Assembly (NCBI GenBank): GCA_051362555.1
Contig: CM120640.1
Coordinates: 49,702,788-49,766,787, forward strand
Reading direction: 5' to 3'
Source: Lingula anatina
Lineage: Eukaryota; Animalia; Brachiopoda
Length of the DNA stretch: 64,000 nt
The position numbers and the translations under genes are program-made. This document shows positions 1 to 14,887 of this stretch, piece after piece (the first letter of the stretch is position 1; every line of letters starts with the position of its first letter). The notes under the pieces were generated by a model, which saw only the letters and a program-made list of their open reading frames with translations, had not been told where the DNA came from and made no database searches.

Positions 1-2660
1 TGATGCCAAGTTTGGGCTTCTATGCAGATTCATATCTAAATTAGTGAGGTAATTACTTTGGTGATTTTCTTTTTGTTTTGTAGTCATTATCTTGTAAGTA
101 CATATATGAATGGTCATGACTTTTTTGTTTGGTTTATTTTATTTTACTTAACTGAAAGGTATCCTATAGGGGTCCAGGGATCAAATTTTCTTTTCAATGA
201 TTTATACCTATTTTAATGTCTAAGTTCAGTTTTAAATATGTGGACATGTTTTCCTGTACATAATAAAAGGAAATCTAAAAATTACTTTGCAATTTTTTGA
301 AACTTGTATTATATACTTTTGATGGAAAATATTAAATGTGGATACTAGTTTTCTAGTGAGAGAAAAAATTAAAACATTCCAATGGTCTTGATTTTTTTCA
401 ACTCAAATTGCTAAGTGCAAAGTAGTATGGTGTTATTGATTGCATTTTGATTAAATTACAGTACACTTACGACTCTCAGATCGCATGTAGTTTACTTTGA
501 AAAGATAGTGTCTCTCCCAAAAAATATATGAACAATTTGGGAAAGCATACCATAGTTGTGTCAGGGGTTAAGTCTTAACATGTGATAATACCAAGATGCT
601 GAGACATACTGTTGACATAATTAATCCAAGTAACACCAACCTTCAACTCACTCACCTACTAAGATTGTCAAAAATGTGACAGCATGATAACATGTACAGA
701 GCTTTTGGAATTTATAGAACTAGTCCACTCAAGTTAAAATTTGAGTTTAATACGACCCACAGTTTGTTTTGTATTTGGTTTTGGGTTTTACTTATTTGGA
801 CATTTAGTTTTAGTGTGTGCTAAGAAAGATACATAATTTATGGGGCCTTTTTGTTTATATTTTATGGCTATTGTAAGACATTTCAGCATTAGGAAGAAGG
901 GGAATAGTTGTGATTTCCAGTGAAGGAGATTGTGGAAGGTTGCTATGAAACACATTTCAGGACATCTTTGTATAGCTGTATGCAAACTTCAAAATTTCTG
1001 TTTATGAAATACAAAAGGTTTTTAAAGGAGGGGCCCTTATGTCTTTGTCTCCAGAGATTTGTGAAATATTTACATATGTCAGACTTTTGTTCCTGTAGTC
1101 ATTGAGGGGACATTCTTGGCCTGGGTCACATTGATTTATATTGGATACCAACTTGAGTAGGTTGGGTTAAGTCAACAGAATGCAGTATGCAAATACCAGT
1201 GGTTTAAAAAAATACCTGGGTGACGCAGTTCAGTTGACTCATAGGTATATGCTTAGCTTTGTTGAACACGGAGTTCCCAGGTCTACTGTTCAGGTAAACT
1301 TGTCTCACCTGACTTGATGTGCATTAAGGAGCAGGATACATGGCTGCTATAAATATATCTTCTTGTCACTTCTTCGTATGTCATAGTTGATCTGCCTTGG
1401 TATTTTATAAGTAGTCTCCTGTTTGTTAGGTATAAAGTATGATCGTACCTTTAATAATGTAGCTTCTGTGTGTGATAGAGGAATGGCAAGATATTTATCA
1501 CCATCAAGATTGGTCTTAATTTTTTTCTTTTAGTGTATAGTGGTTTTATCAGAAGCACCACTATTTTCTTTTCAAAGCAAAGTGTGGTAACCTTCAGTTT
1601 TGTAAGAAAATTTACATCATTAAGGTCTGTGTGCTAGAATACTAATGTACTGACAACATAAAGCAAATAGGTTTCCACTTCTTCACACATGAAAAATTGA
1701 CTCCGGTAATATTACCGTTAAGGAAAAAAATCTTCCTTAACTGAATGTACCTTCACACTGGAGCCAAGCCAACATCTGATAAGCATGCTGCTTTATTGAA
1801 TAAGGCCTTTGATCCAACATAGCTGCTTTGAGATTATAGAGCAGTAAAGTTTAAACAAGGTGCTTTCATTTGCTTTGGTTGTAAACTTTAACAAATAACG
1901 GAATTCAGTTTGAATTAAAAAGAAAATATGTGCTTTTATGCTAGAGTTATTTTTGCCTTAATTCAACAGCCTTGAATTACCATATTGAAATTGACTGTTG
2001 ATGTTGACATTTTGTAATTTGTGTAGCATCATTTTACCAAAATGTATGGTTTAATTTCCAGTTAACAGTATCAGAATACATGCAATTGTTGTTTAGGTAA
2101 CTTCCAGATATCTGTTTTAACTTGTATTGAATCTTTTATGTGCAAACAGGTATTTCAACTATATTTTAAAAAGTGGAAGATGATCTTTTGCCTGTGCCCA
2201 GCCATTAAACCTACTGAGAATTTGAATGTTTGTAGCAGTCTTATTGTTATAAGACTGATATGTTGCGCCTTAGCTCAGGGGAGTGACTTATTGGTCTGCA
2301 TGTTATTGAGAATGCATAATTTGTCTCTAGCTATGAAATGTAATTCACTTTTCATTATTTTCACTGCCACCATGATCAAGATATTGTCCTGTATTAAGGA
2401 TGTATGCTGACCCCTATTTCTTTCACAGTACAAAATAAGACCCACTGTGTTTAGGTTATACCTATTAAAGGTGCTAATCTTGATTTAAACTCTCTTCCTT
2501 TAAACTTATTTTTATTGGTGAAGGGATGCAGAGACTTGCAGCTTAAGACTCTTATTACTAACTGCACTAATTGGCTTATTTATTCTTTTTTCCTTTTTTA
2601 GGTGTAGTAGAACAATTTTAGTGTTTTGTTTCTGTAAAGCCCTCACTGCCCAGTCCAGCA

Positions 2661-5600
2661 ATGCCTGCCGGCCAGCATGAGCCAATATTGACCCAGTCCT
2701 ATAGACAACATTCCTCGCTCACTAACGGGGACGAGTCTGCTGCCAGCATCCTACAGTCTGTTAAAGAACAGGTTGGTGGGGTGTTTTGAGTGATGCTTTA
2801 TATTTGCAAAAATATTTAAAAAGTTGCTTATGCTTTATACCAGAAAGGATTTATTAAACCTAAACTGCAGGCACAAAATAAGATCAAACATCACCTAATT
2901 CAACTGTGCTGATACACATACTGCCTATATGTGGGATAGATTAATGCAACACATGACTGTTGTTAATGGGGTTGGATTATGTACTGAAAGCAAACTTGGT
3001 ATATATGAACAAAACATTAAGACAGCACCCTGTTTTCTCCCCCCAGGAAGCCCAGTTTGAACAGTTAACCAGAGAGCTAGAAGCTGAACGGCAAAGTGTA
3101 GCCAATCAGCTGGAGAGGGTAGGTGGCTTTTAACTTGCACAAAGCACGAGGTCCTCACTGGACCGGGATTGAGAGTGACTTTCTACACCCTGGCTTGTTG
3201 TTTTATGTGGATAATTAAATCTGACTTTCACTTAACCTTAAGCATTGGAATTTAACCCCAGGCTTTTTCTTAACCACTTAAACCCATATTTTAAGCTCTA
3301 GTACAAGAACAAGGAGTTTGAGAAATGCTTAAAAAGTTTGACATTGAAAACTCCTGTACTGTTTGCTAAGATCCAAATATATTGTTTAGTCTACTGGATC
3401 ATCAGTATACTGAAATGCCAAAGAAAGTTTCCAAACAATTTCCACTCATGATTTAATCTGACTTCTTCTATTGCCCCTTTATGTTTTAATAACATAAAAC
3501 ATTGTTGTATGAGAAACCAATGTCATCTGATTATTGTATATCCTAAACACCCAGTTTGTCAGTAGTAGCATGGTTTAATATGACAACAGTGCATTCCATC
3601 CCGCATGTACGATTGCTGCTTTGGCTTAATATTGCCCATTTTTCATTGGCTGTAGTGTAAACTTGGGAGTGAGACGGCTAGCATGAGCAGCATTAGCAGT
3701 ACAGATGATTCTTTTCATTGGCGAGGACAGCAAACACAAACCACAGATTCTCATTTTGATGAAGATGATGGTCAGGATGAGCAAGATGATAGTAAAATGA
3801 GTGGAACACAACTTGTTGATTCCTGTTTGTAAGTGTCACTTTTACTGTGTGTGTGCGTGTGTGTGTTTTCACTTTTAAAAGACTTAAAAACCATAATATC
3901 TGTCTGGCACAGTGGTTTTTCAACCATGTTTAAAGGTGACAGCTAATATTTCCATGTTTATTTGCACATACAATTTGATGCAAAGGTCCTTATATCATGT
4001 ATTTGTCTATGAATGGTAATAGAATTTTGCATGTTTCAAATTACTAACACCTATTAACATCAACCTGAATTAGAAAGAAATGTGAACAACAACAAAAGAG
4101 CATGAACTTAGCAATGTTATGTATAAATCAAAGGAGGCTTTAGACTAGCCCGTGCAAAGCTTAAAAAAAAAGCAACAGGTGGTCACTATAGTATATCACA
4201 CATTTGTAAAGTGAGTAGGAACACAAAACCATTTATAAATCGGGTATTTTATCTGCAGGATGATGTGTGTGTGTATGCCAGGAGCTTAACTGGGAAAATA
4301 ACTGCTCTCGAGGCCACATGTTTTTTTTGTGTCCCCAGCAACAAAAACGTGGCACCCCTATATTTAATTTAAAGTCTGATGACTAATCCAGATAAGTTTT
4401 GAAAATATTATGCTCGACAGGCACATATTTCAGATGACTTGAGGCTTAATGGCAATGTTTGTCCTTCAAGAGAATTTTATTTACATCATCTGGTTTTTCT
4501 GAAAAACTGTGTATTACATGTAGAAAATTAATTTTGTAGCTTGTTTTTACTTTAGAGGATTAAAGAAATAAATATCCTCTTACTCTGTAGTTTTTTACAT
4601 ACTAGTAACCTTAAATGTTGGTTACAATGATAGAATTCTATTCAGGTGAAATCATTATTTCATCATCATGCACTGACATTTTCTGTCTGAAGGCAAAATC
4701 AAGACTTCATGTATTTTTAGAAACAAAGTAGAGGTAAAAGCAAAGTGCTCTTTAAGTCAAGGATACACATATTCTGTTTCTAATGGATTTCTCCTCACAT
4801 CACTTTAGAATTATAAAATGCAATTAGAAATTATATACATAAAGTAGCCTAATACACCTGTTGCTGCTGATGTAATGCCAGAGTCCCGTTAGAGGTGGTA
4901 AAGGTGTCATTTTTTCCTATCATTATTCAAGTCATTGGCATGTAATGTGTACGTGACACTCTACACAAATGAAATTAGAATAAAATTACCACAAATGTGA
5001 CATCTGTTAGTGCTTGGGGCATATAGCAAATCTCCTTAATGTTGGACAATGGCAGGTTAACTCAATACCAGAGTGGTTAACACAATTGCATGTATATATG
5101 ATGTTTCTAACTCAGCATGTTGTGTGTACAGTCACTAATATGTTGTTTAATATGCTTTTGTTTCTGAAGGGCTGAAGAGAAAAAACGAATCATGGAGATT
5201 CATCCTCAACGGTAATGGTTAAGCGTGAAAATGACCACTGGTCAAGTGTGTTGGCAACTATATATTATTAGGCACCTATGCCTTCAGAAGGCTTCTTTGT
5301 ACCTGAACACTGCTTTTCTCCAATGTTGTACTTTGAACAACTGTCATAGTGCAGCTTTGGCTTTTTTGTTTAGTAGCAACTGTACATTTTTGTTGTTTCC
5401 CATGTATATGTATACTTACAATTCAGTTTAATGACCTGTGTGTGAATTTATTCATTTCAAAAAGGTCCACCAGATGATGCTTTTCAAGTTTTATAATTTG
5501 AATATAGTCTGCCAAGATAATCAGTATTAACAACTCCAACTCCAAGTCCTCTTTTTAGCACACATTCTAAGGTGCACTTCCTTGTAGCAGATGAACATAT

Positions 5601-8168
5601 TTGCAAAATAGAAGTGTGTTGCTGTGAAAACTTTCAAATCGATGATACCACATTTAGTTTGGCAGAAGCCAACCGAGAGAGACTTCACGGCCATAACCCA
5701 GTGCATTTGCCTATAGCCAGTGCTGCTTTTGTTGAAACCAGGTTTCATGGTGTGCATGGCTCTTTGAAGTGGTCATCCAATGGCTGTGGTTTTATCTAGC
5801 TAGTATGTTTCTTAATGTGTGCACATAACAGTTTTATGTTGAATGCAGTTTTTTTTTTCACATATTTTAAGACATCAGTTAATGTTTAAGAAGGGTTTGT
5901 TTTGTTTAAAGTGTTTTATTGATTTTTTCAGACGTGTACTTCAAGAAAGGGGGTTGATGGGAGGAATTGGGTAAGTATTGAATTTGGTCTACTTTATGAA
6001 TTTTCTCCATTATTCCAGCAAGCTATAAATAGAACTTTTTTTAAAGATGTGAGCATTGAACATGTGAATTAATGGCTTTTAAGTGATCCTGTGTCAGTTG
6101 ATGGTAGACTAATGATGTTATTTCATTCACAGGGGAATTTGATATCTATACACTCTGTGTTAGAGAAAGGGAGTTTCTCCATGCTGGATAGAAAAAAAGG
6201 CTTTTTTATTTAATTAAAATACTCAAAATACATAAATATGTGCACATGCTATGACTGAGAATGATGTAATGGTCTCTGTGTAAATGTATGGGCAGGGCAA
6301 GAGTATCTTTGCATAATGCTTTGATTTTACTGAACATTTATCATGGAATTTTGAGTTTGTCCCCAATGAAATTGCTTCCTTAACCTAGAAAGCAATCTGT
6401 TGGAAAGCAGTGACTCACAGGTTCTCATACAGTTATGTGTATAGATTGCACATTCTGCTAAAAAGCAGGATGACTGTTCTCTAGGTAGACATTTTAACTT
6501 TAATGGCATATGGAGAGAATCGGATTTTATTATCATTCATTTGTGGTTTCATGTCCATGATTTACAGTCATATCTCAGTATTATAGGTCCTTTTTTCTGT
6601 CTATTCTAGTGAAGATCCAATGGAGAGTTACCACAACAATTCCACCCATTCTGGGGCAGGAAATTACGCTAACTATTCACAGATGAATTCATCCTATGGA
6701 GATGAGCCTTACAGAATGGCCAATGGACCATCCAGTTATGACCCCTACCGGAGTGGCTCCCCCCACGGGTCACATGCATCATATCATAGTGGAGGACAGC
6801 CATATCCACAGGTAATACAATAATACCCCGGAAAATACACTGATACTTGATATGTATGGAAAATTAGGCACCAGTTTTTTTCCCCTGGAAAAAATTCATG
6901 AGAAGTTAAAACCTTGTGTGCCAGTATATGCGGGTCTGTTTATAACATTCTGTCATCTTGAATTGGCTGTTATAGTCAAACTAAAACCAAATCTCTGCGT
7001 GATATTGTGGACTAATGGTTCAAAGAGATTCTGTATTTTTTTGCATTTCTTAAGCAAAGATTGTTTAATCAAGAACCTTTTTATTGGACTGAATGTGCTT
7101 CTAGTTTTCTTTAGACTGAGTGGTTTATTTTGTAATCTGTCCATCATACACTAAATGCTGCTGAGAAAAGTTCATTTTGTATTTTTACTGCAGAAGAAAT
7201 CAATATGGAGCTTATTACCCCTGAGAAATAAAAACACTAAGAATAAGAATCATCTGGTTATATCTAGTGTTTAGAAATTTATTATGATGGAAAACAGGTT
7301 GGATATTTTGAATTTATTAAAAGATTGACTTTGGGGATATATCTTGAGTGAATCTAGAGTTTGAACATTTATTTGAAAGGAAAGTTGTCAGTTATTTTGG
7401 AAATATTGAAAAGTCCTTGTTGGGGAAGTAGTGGAGTTAAAACTTCAGTTTATGTATATGTGTGTGTAAATATTTACAGATGTCTGGTACAAAGATTGCG
7501 TCAGTGAGAGGTCCAGGGTCAGTTGGTTCCTATCAGAACGATGAGCGCACATCAAATTACACCAACTACACAGCCTTGCAGCACCCTCCACCATCACCAG
7601 GAAGTCAGGACAGAGGAACGCCAACAAACTATGGACCAAGGTTCACTTCTGAGACAGATCCTTACTACTCCAATAATGATTACTATGATCATTATCATCC
7701 GCTTAGGTAGCTGGCTTTTTGTTCTATCCCACCATGAGATATGCTGTACTATGATAATTTTATTGAAATATATCCATATTCAGAAACCACAATCATTATT
7801 CTACTTTTGCATCACACTTTAAATGTCACTGTCATCCTGTTATTTTTGGAAGTAAATGCAGAATAGTTATTGTTTCATCACTGCATGCTCTGATATCAGT
7901 TGAAATCTTGATAGCAGTCATCACATCAGAGAAGATCTGTCTTGCTCAACTTACCTTGGCACAAAGAATCTTTCTTGTTTGCTGGAAAAAACCCAAGGAT
8001 ATTGCATTCTGTTGATCTATGAAGACTGACATGGTGGGATATATCGGCCATGTTGCCATCTTTGTTTGTCAGCTTGTGTTGTCTTGGGGATTCTCCATTA
8101 AGCCAGTGTAGTTCAGTTGGGACAGAGGACACCTTTTATGGCAATAGTTGACTTTAAAGCTGCACGCT

Positions 8169-8205
<37 letters not shown>

Positions 8206-8242
8206 TATTTTTTATTTTTTTATTTAATATTATTATTATTAT

Positions 8243-8290
<48 letters not shown>

Positions 8291-11200
8291 TTATTGGCTT
8301 TGTGCAATATGGACTTTTAAGCTTTGAGAATTGTTTCCTGATTTTCAAAAAAGGGAGGCGGGGCTGGAGTTTGCTTGGTAGGGGTAATCCTGTTTGTATT
8401 GTGCTGTCTGCTTGCATGCACTTGTGTTGGAATTTGGCACATACATACATTTGCTGTATGGTGTTAATGATCACTGTATGCTGAAAAAGTTGGTCTGAAG
8501 TCTGTTAATAAACACTGTTTGAATGGCTAATGGCTGGGGTATATGTTGGGAAAAGGGCTGTAAAATACAGCAGTTGTGCTTCATTGATGAAATGTCATTT
8601 AAAATTGTATTGTCTGCTTTTAAATTTTTCCATGTTTGATGGTGTCTCTAGGATGGTGAAGTCAAGTTTGTGTATTTGTGTTTGCATAATTGACTGACAA
8701 ATTAAAGAGAAAAAAACAAAAAAATTAAACATTTGATCACCATTTAGATTTTTAATGTATTAAATAACTGTGTCGTGCATGCTTTTCTTTACACTTACAA
8801 ACTGAAGGAATTTTTTTTTTAATTTGGGTAAAATACTTTAAGCTGAAAAATGCAATAAAACCAAACTTGCTGATAAACAAACAAATAATTTACATATTTT
8901 GATGAATAATTTTGTTTGACATTGCAGAGATAATGAGCCAAGTCATTATAATGGACCAAGTCACCCCCCTGATAATTATGATGACCGGTATGGAGAGATT
9001 CCACAAGGCAACAGCAGTTATGCTAACCTGCCACCACTAGATGAAAACAGAGGAGACTATTATAGACCTCCTCATGATGACAGTTATGTGAACTATCCCC
9101 CTTTAAATGAAGATCAGTATAGTGACCGTGGTGGGGGACATGGCTATGGTAATAGGCCTGAAGAGGATTACAGGAGGACCCCTGTGGATCAGGATTACAG
9201 GCAGAGTCCCCTGCATGACAGGGGGAATGATTATCCCGAGTCTGGACCTAGGGACCCCCAGTACATCCTCAATGAGGACAGACCCCCTTTAGATGATGGT
9301 CAGTACCAGAGTGACCCATACAATGACAATATGTATCCTCGCAGAGATGACCAAGAAGACCCCTCACAGTTCAGGCCACGTTATGATGATGATCGTTATG
9401 GAGAGCCATACAGAGATCAGGATGACCAGTACAGGGGACCATATGTGGATGATGACCAGTACCCTCCTGATGACAGCAGAGAAGGACCACATCACATTCC
9501 AGGTGGCTACCCACCAAGAGAGGAAGACCATTATCCTGTGCCATTGGAGCAGGGCCGTTACACCATCCCTCCAGAAGATGATGACAGGTATGGAGGTCCT
9601 ATGCCTGCACACCTGCCCCCAAGGGAGGACCCAGTGGAAGAGGATCCGTACAGGAAACCACATGTGGAGGAAGATCCTTACAGTAAACCAATGAAGGGTA
9701 ATTATGGCCATCCGCTGGGCAGTGACTCCTACTACCCTCCACATGATGAGGATGTATCCAGTGACCATCCTGTGGATACCTCTTTCCAAAGAAACCTTGG
9801 ACCAGAGGACAGATACAGGACACCATCTCCTGGGGGCAGTGGGAGTGACAGAAATGGTAGGTATTTTTCTAAATATGTTTCTGACATCCTGCCTCTGCTC
9901 TCTCCTAATCATTTGTTTTCTTTTACAAGCATGTGAGTCATTCAAGATTTTGAACAGTTAAATTAACTTGGATGACAGAAATTTTATTTGCCCTTTCTGA
10001 ATTCTGCAGGGCCTCCTGGCTACCCACCTGATGACCTGGCAAGACAAGCAGCATACCCAGTCCAGGGGGGCAACTATGACCCCAGGCGGTCTCCATCTAT
10101 AGACAGCCAAACTAGGGACAGGTGGAGGAACCCAGATCTTCCAGAGGTGATAGATTTCCTTGGACACCCTAATGATGCTATCAAAGCTAATGCTGCTGCC
10201 TACTTGCAGCACCTGACATACATGGATGATCCACTGAAAGGGAAGACAAGGTAAGATTGATCTGTGAAAGACTTACTGTCAAAAAAGGCATTAAGGAGAA
10301 AAGTAAGTGTTTGAAGTTAATTTTGGACAATTGTTTTGCAGCTAGCTTTTTATTCATCTCCACAATTTTAGGCAATGTAGGTTTCTCAAATTTGTAAAAG
10401 GCTTAGCTTTATGATACTCTGGTTTATCAGTGAAAAAATGAAAAAAAAATATTTGGAAGAGTTGTGATGCATTCCTATAATATTCTTATTTTCCAGGGCT
10501 CTTGGAGGAATCCCAGCTCTGGTTGAGTTGTTGAACATAGAGATTCCAGAAGTTCACAGAAATGCCTGTGGAGCACTTCTCAATCTGTCCCATGGCAAGG
10601 CTAATAATGAAAATAAGGTAGGTGGATCAGGGAACTGGGGGAGGGGGTGTTAGTGGGATGAAATATGTACTATTAATTTTATTTCAATATTATATAGTCT
10701 TAGTCCTGGTATTTGTGATGTAAGCCAATTTCATGCATCAGAAATGGTTAGCTTTCTATGTATTCTGAAAACCACATCTGTTGACATGCAGGCTGTATAT
10801 GTTACAGGGATAGCTTGAATTGACTTGTATTTAATACTTTTTGTACTCTTCCAGAGAGCAATAAAGAATGCAGGGGGCATCCCAGCTCTAGTGAGGCTAC
10901 TGAGGAGGACACCAGATAATGATGTCAGGGAACTTGTATCAGGAATAATTTGGAATCTTTCATCTTGTCAGGTATGCATTTTTTTCTGTCTTAAAAACAA
11001 AACGTCATTAAAAAATATCATCAATTTTAAAGAAAATAGATGTCACTAATGCTTTTTGTGATCATTATCATATAGAGTTTTTATATTAAAGAAGTGAATA
11101 ACTTTGGTCATGACACTTTCAGGATCTGAAGAGGGCAATCATAGATGATGCCTTGACAGTAATAGTGAATACAGTGGTGATCCCACAGTCAGGTTGGGAG

Positions 11201-14200
11201 AAAAATGTTGACACCGAAGACAGCAAGCCAAAAGACATCTACTGGTCTACTGTGTTCAGAAATGCTAGTGGGATTCTAAGGTAAATAGCACTCTGCTCTG
11301 AATTTCCCTTTTCTGTAAGAAATAACAGCCATCTTTCCACTATATCGGCTTCATTGTGTAATTCATAGGTTAAATACATATTAAGTGTTTTGTCACACAA
11401 ATGCAATGAATTTTTAACAAAGACATGCTGAATAATACATGTATTGCTTGTACATGATTTTCCTTGAAGTAGAATGCATACCTGAAGATATAATTTGATG
11501 GAAGCCTGTTTTATGGAGCATTTATTGTAATAGGATTCATTACATCTGGAAAGCATGTTTTATATTTCTTTTATGATATTTCAGAAATGTAAGCTCAGAA
11601 GGTGATTATGCCAGGAAAAAGTTACGAGAATGTGAAGGTCTAGTTGACTCCATACTGTATCTACTTAGGGCGGCTATTGGGAAAAATGATATTGACAACA
11701 AATCTGTGGAAAATTGTGTCTGTGTCTTGAGGAATCTTTCCTTCAGATGCCAAGAAGTAGAGGATCCAGATTTTGCCAGAAAGAGGACGCTGCAGAGACA
11801 GCAACAACAGCAAGGTTTGTATACCACCTTACATAATGATTGTTAAAAGTAAGTTGAATCTAATCAAATTCTTAAAGAATTGTGGAGTGATCTGCTTTAA
11901 AAATGATCTAAAAACATATTCAACACTTATGTATAATCATATTTAACTTTTTTTAAGAATCCGTGTCTTGCTTTGGGGGTAAAAAGAAAAAAGAGCCTTT
12001 CAAGCTGGACAACAGAGGGCCCAGTGGGCCTTATTCAAGGTAAAAGCATGACATCAAAATAATTGCAAATGTAATTTATTGACTTAAAAAGCAGCAGCAA
12101 AACAGTGAACTGCATTGTTGCACTTGACCTAGTAAAATCAACACATCTTATTTTCTACTCACTTCACGTTATTTAAGATGTCTTAACATAGGCAGACATC
12201 CACTAAGCAGTTACAATCAACATTGCGATTAATATCTGTTTTAACTTATTTTCAGGCCCAGAACAGACCCAGTAAGGGGCATGGAGTTACTGTGGCAACC
12301 AGAAATAGTGCATGTGTACCTGCCTCTGTTATCAGACTGTTCTAATCCTGAGACCCTAGAGGCAGCAGCTGGTGCCATACAGAACCTGTGTGCCTGTGAC
12401 TGGCAGGTAGGTGACAGCTCATTATATTGGAACTTCAGTGACATAGATATAACATCTAAATTAGAGGTTTCTTCTTCAGTAAGCTCTCTAGGGTTCTTGT
12501 CTCTTTACCTTGTAGGAAATTTAGGGTTATATTCAGATTGCTAAGATTGAAATATTTGATATTAACTCTATTCTTCTTATATTTAGCCATCTATTGACAT
12601 AAGAGAGAAAGTGCGTAAAGAGAAAGGGTTACCTATCATAGTGGAGTGTCTGGGCATAGAGGCAGACAGAGTGGTGTCTGCTGCTGCCATAGCTCTCAGG
12701 AACCTGGCACTGGATACAAGAAATAAAGAATTAATAGGTAGGAAATGTTTTTATTGTTATTATTACTTTCAATGATGATTTCCGTTTTTGTTTTGAAATG
12801 TTTTAACTTAACAATACATGTGCTCAGTTTGTGTTTCATCTAGATATGGAAAGTTTGATGTAGTGTTAACAATATATGTATTCAGTTTGTGCCTCAGCTA
12901 GAAATGAAAAGTTAAGTGTTATATGTCATAAGGCACTTTTCATTGTCTCATTAATGCATAAATATTTATACAAAGTTCAGTTAAATGTCTATAATGTACC
13001 GTTTATTTTTAGGCAAGTATGCCATGCGTCAGCTTGTGATGAAGTTGCCACCAGATGGGATGTTAAAGGAAGGCCCTCCCAGTGATGACACAATAGGTGC
13101 TGTCATAGCAACGCTGCATGAAGTCATACGAGGAAGCTCGGTTTTTGCTCAGTAAGTTGCTTTCTAATGAGTAGTATGTTATGTACATAATTTATTTCAG
13201 ACTGCTTCTAGTGTCTAGTTTGAAAGGACACAAAATTGCCTGACATATTTATATTTCTTTCACAAAGATAGGTAACGAAAATGATGTTTGATTAGAATTA
13301 TTTTTTTACTTAGGTCTCTTCTTCATGAAGGTGGGGTGAAGAGATTAATGCAGATTAAGAGCTCCAGGGGAAGATATAATGAAAAAGTCATGAAATTTAC
13401 TTATGCAGTAAGTATGACGTATTTATTTTGTGAATATCAAAACTGATTGTTTGGATATCTTCAAGTGTTAATTTTTGTTTTTATTCTGATGCAAAAACTT
13501 TGAATGTGAATTGAGTTTCATCCCTGTGTGTAAAGGATTTCTTTTATGCAAGTTAAATTTTTACTTTCCTTGCAGATCCTTAATTTAATGTGGCAGTTTA
13601 GCGAACTGAAAGTAGAGTATAAAAAGAATGGATGGAAGGAGCAACATTTTGTCACAAAAACGCCAAAGTGAGTAAAATAACTTATAGGCCTAAACAACTC
13701 CTTGATTTTTTCAGTTTTTCTTGCGAGTCTTATAATGTTTTCAAGGATTATGATATCACAGAAAAAAGACTACCATATATCTTGTTTTTATTTGGTTGTT
13801 ATGTCAGTTTCAGCAAATAATATTATTTGGTAAATGTCATTATACTAAACATTGAAGTCAGTAATATTATAAGTCAGTAGTATCACAAATAAATATAAAT
13901 ATTAAAGGTATTCAGCATTGATTTACTTTTTTTGCTCAGATAATGTACCTTTATATTTCTGTTTACATATTTTTCCCCTCCAGGAGTCCCCTCCATGGCA
14001 GTCCAAACAACACATTAAGTCGCCCTATGAGTGACCAGAGTGGTGTGAGCTCAGGTTACAGGGACCAGACCCTGCCCCCAGTCAGCAGGCAGCCTAACAG
14101 GCAGGAGTTCCCCTCCAGTCCTGAGCAGGACAGATACAGACCACATGATAGGAAGGTGAGCACATTATAGTGGATGTTGATATTTTATATGCTGTTGGTA

Positions 14201-14887
14201 TTACTTCCTTTAAGTTTATGATATCTAGGATGAAAGTGAAGCTCTTTTACTTTTTATGACATGGACACCAAACAAAAATGTTGACAGGATAAGAAAACTT
14301 GTAATAGTAGTTTTATTTTTTGGCCAATAGCCATAGTTCTCTCTGGAATCTAAATGCTGTTTTCACTCCAGCAGCCAGAACACATCCCTATGAATGATAT
14401 TCACCGAGGCCAGTCTGGAGGCTATGCCACCATAGACAACTCTCACAGGGGACATGGCAATTACAGAGAGGATAGGCTGGACTATGGAAGAGGACCACTG
14501 GTCAGTCGGATTGATATCAGGAAAATTTAGATGTGGCACATTTTCACATTTTAGATTGGATGATTTTAAATATTTATTGTAAAGGTTTACGATTGATAAA
14601 ATGTCTTTTCCCTAAAATTTGCTTGATTGTTTGTCACTTTCCTTCAGTATGATAAGCACAATGTTTTGTTTTATTTCTTCATGTAGGGCCAGCAGCCACA
14701 GCCTTTAGAACAACCTCGAGAGCCTCTGTATGCACAAGTGGACAAGAGAAGTAAGCGACGTTCGGAAATAGATTCATCCCAGCGCAGTCTCTTGCAGGAC
14801 GATGTCAATGTCAGTTTTGGTGGCCATAGCAACCATGTACGGCTAGACAGTAGTGGAGGCGGAGGAGGGGCAGACTCCTGGGTGTAG
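2661..14887 (+). CDS. p120/delta-catenin family armadillo protein (CTNND2/ARVCF/PKP4-like), multi-exon
   Basis: Coding exons approx. 2661-2771, 3047-3118, 3656-3828, (5170-5211 optional), 5932-5970, 6610-6811, 7480-7706, 8928-9856, 10010-10250, 10497-10617, 10855-10971, 11123-11280, 11585-11814, 11958-12039, 12256-12406, 12587-12737, 13013-13151, 13314-13407, 13576-13667, 13984-14155, 14372-14500, 14687-14887, all GT-AG with compatible phases. Family motifs: N-terminal coiled coil [51 protein letters not shown] repeats ([54 protein letters not shown]), basic loop CFGGKKKK and C-terminal ADSWV*. 5' non-coding exons probably lie upstream. Confidence 0.93.
8167..8287. repeat. Compound (TTTA)n/(TTA)n/poly-T tract in a catenin intron
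   Basis: Directly visible simple repeats ending in ~44 T. Confidence 0.9.

Noticed and set aside
9107-9961. Several overlapping alternative-frame and antisense ORFs over the large catenin exon
   Set aside because: Shadows of a repetitive, stop-poor coding exon.
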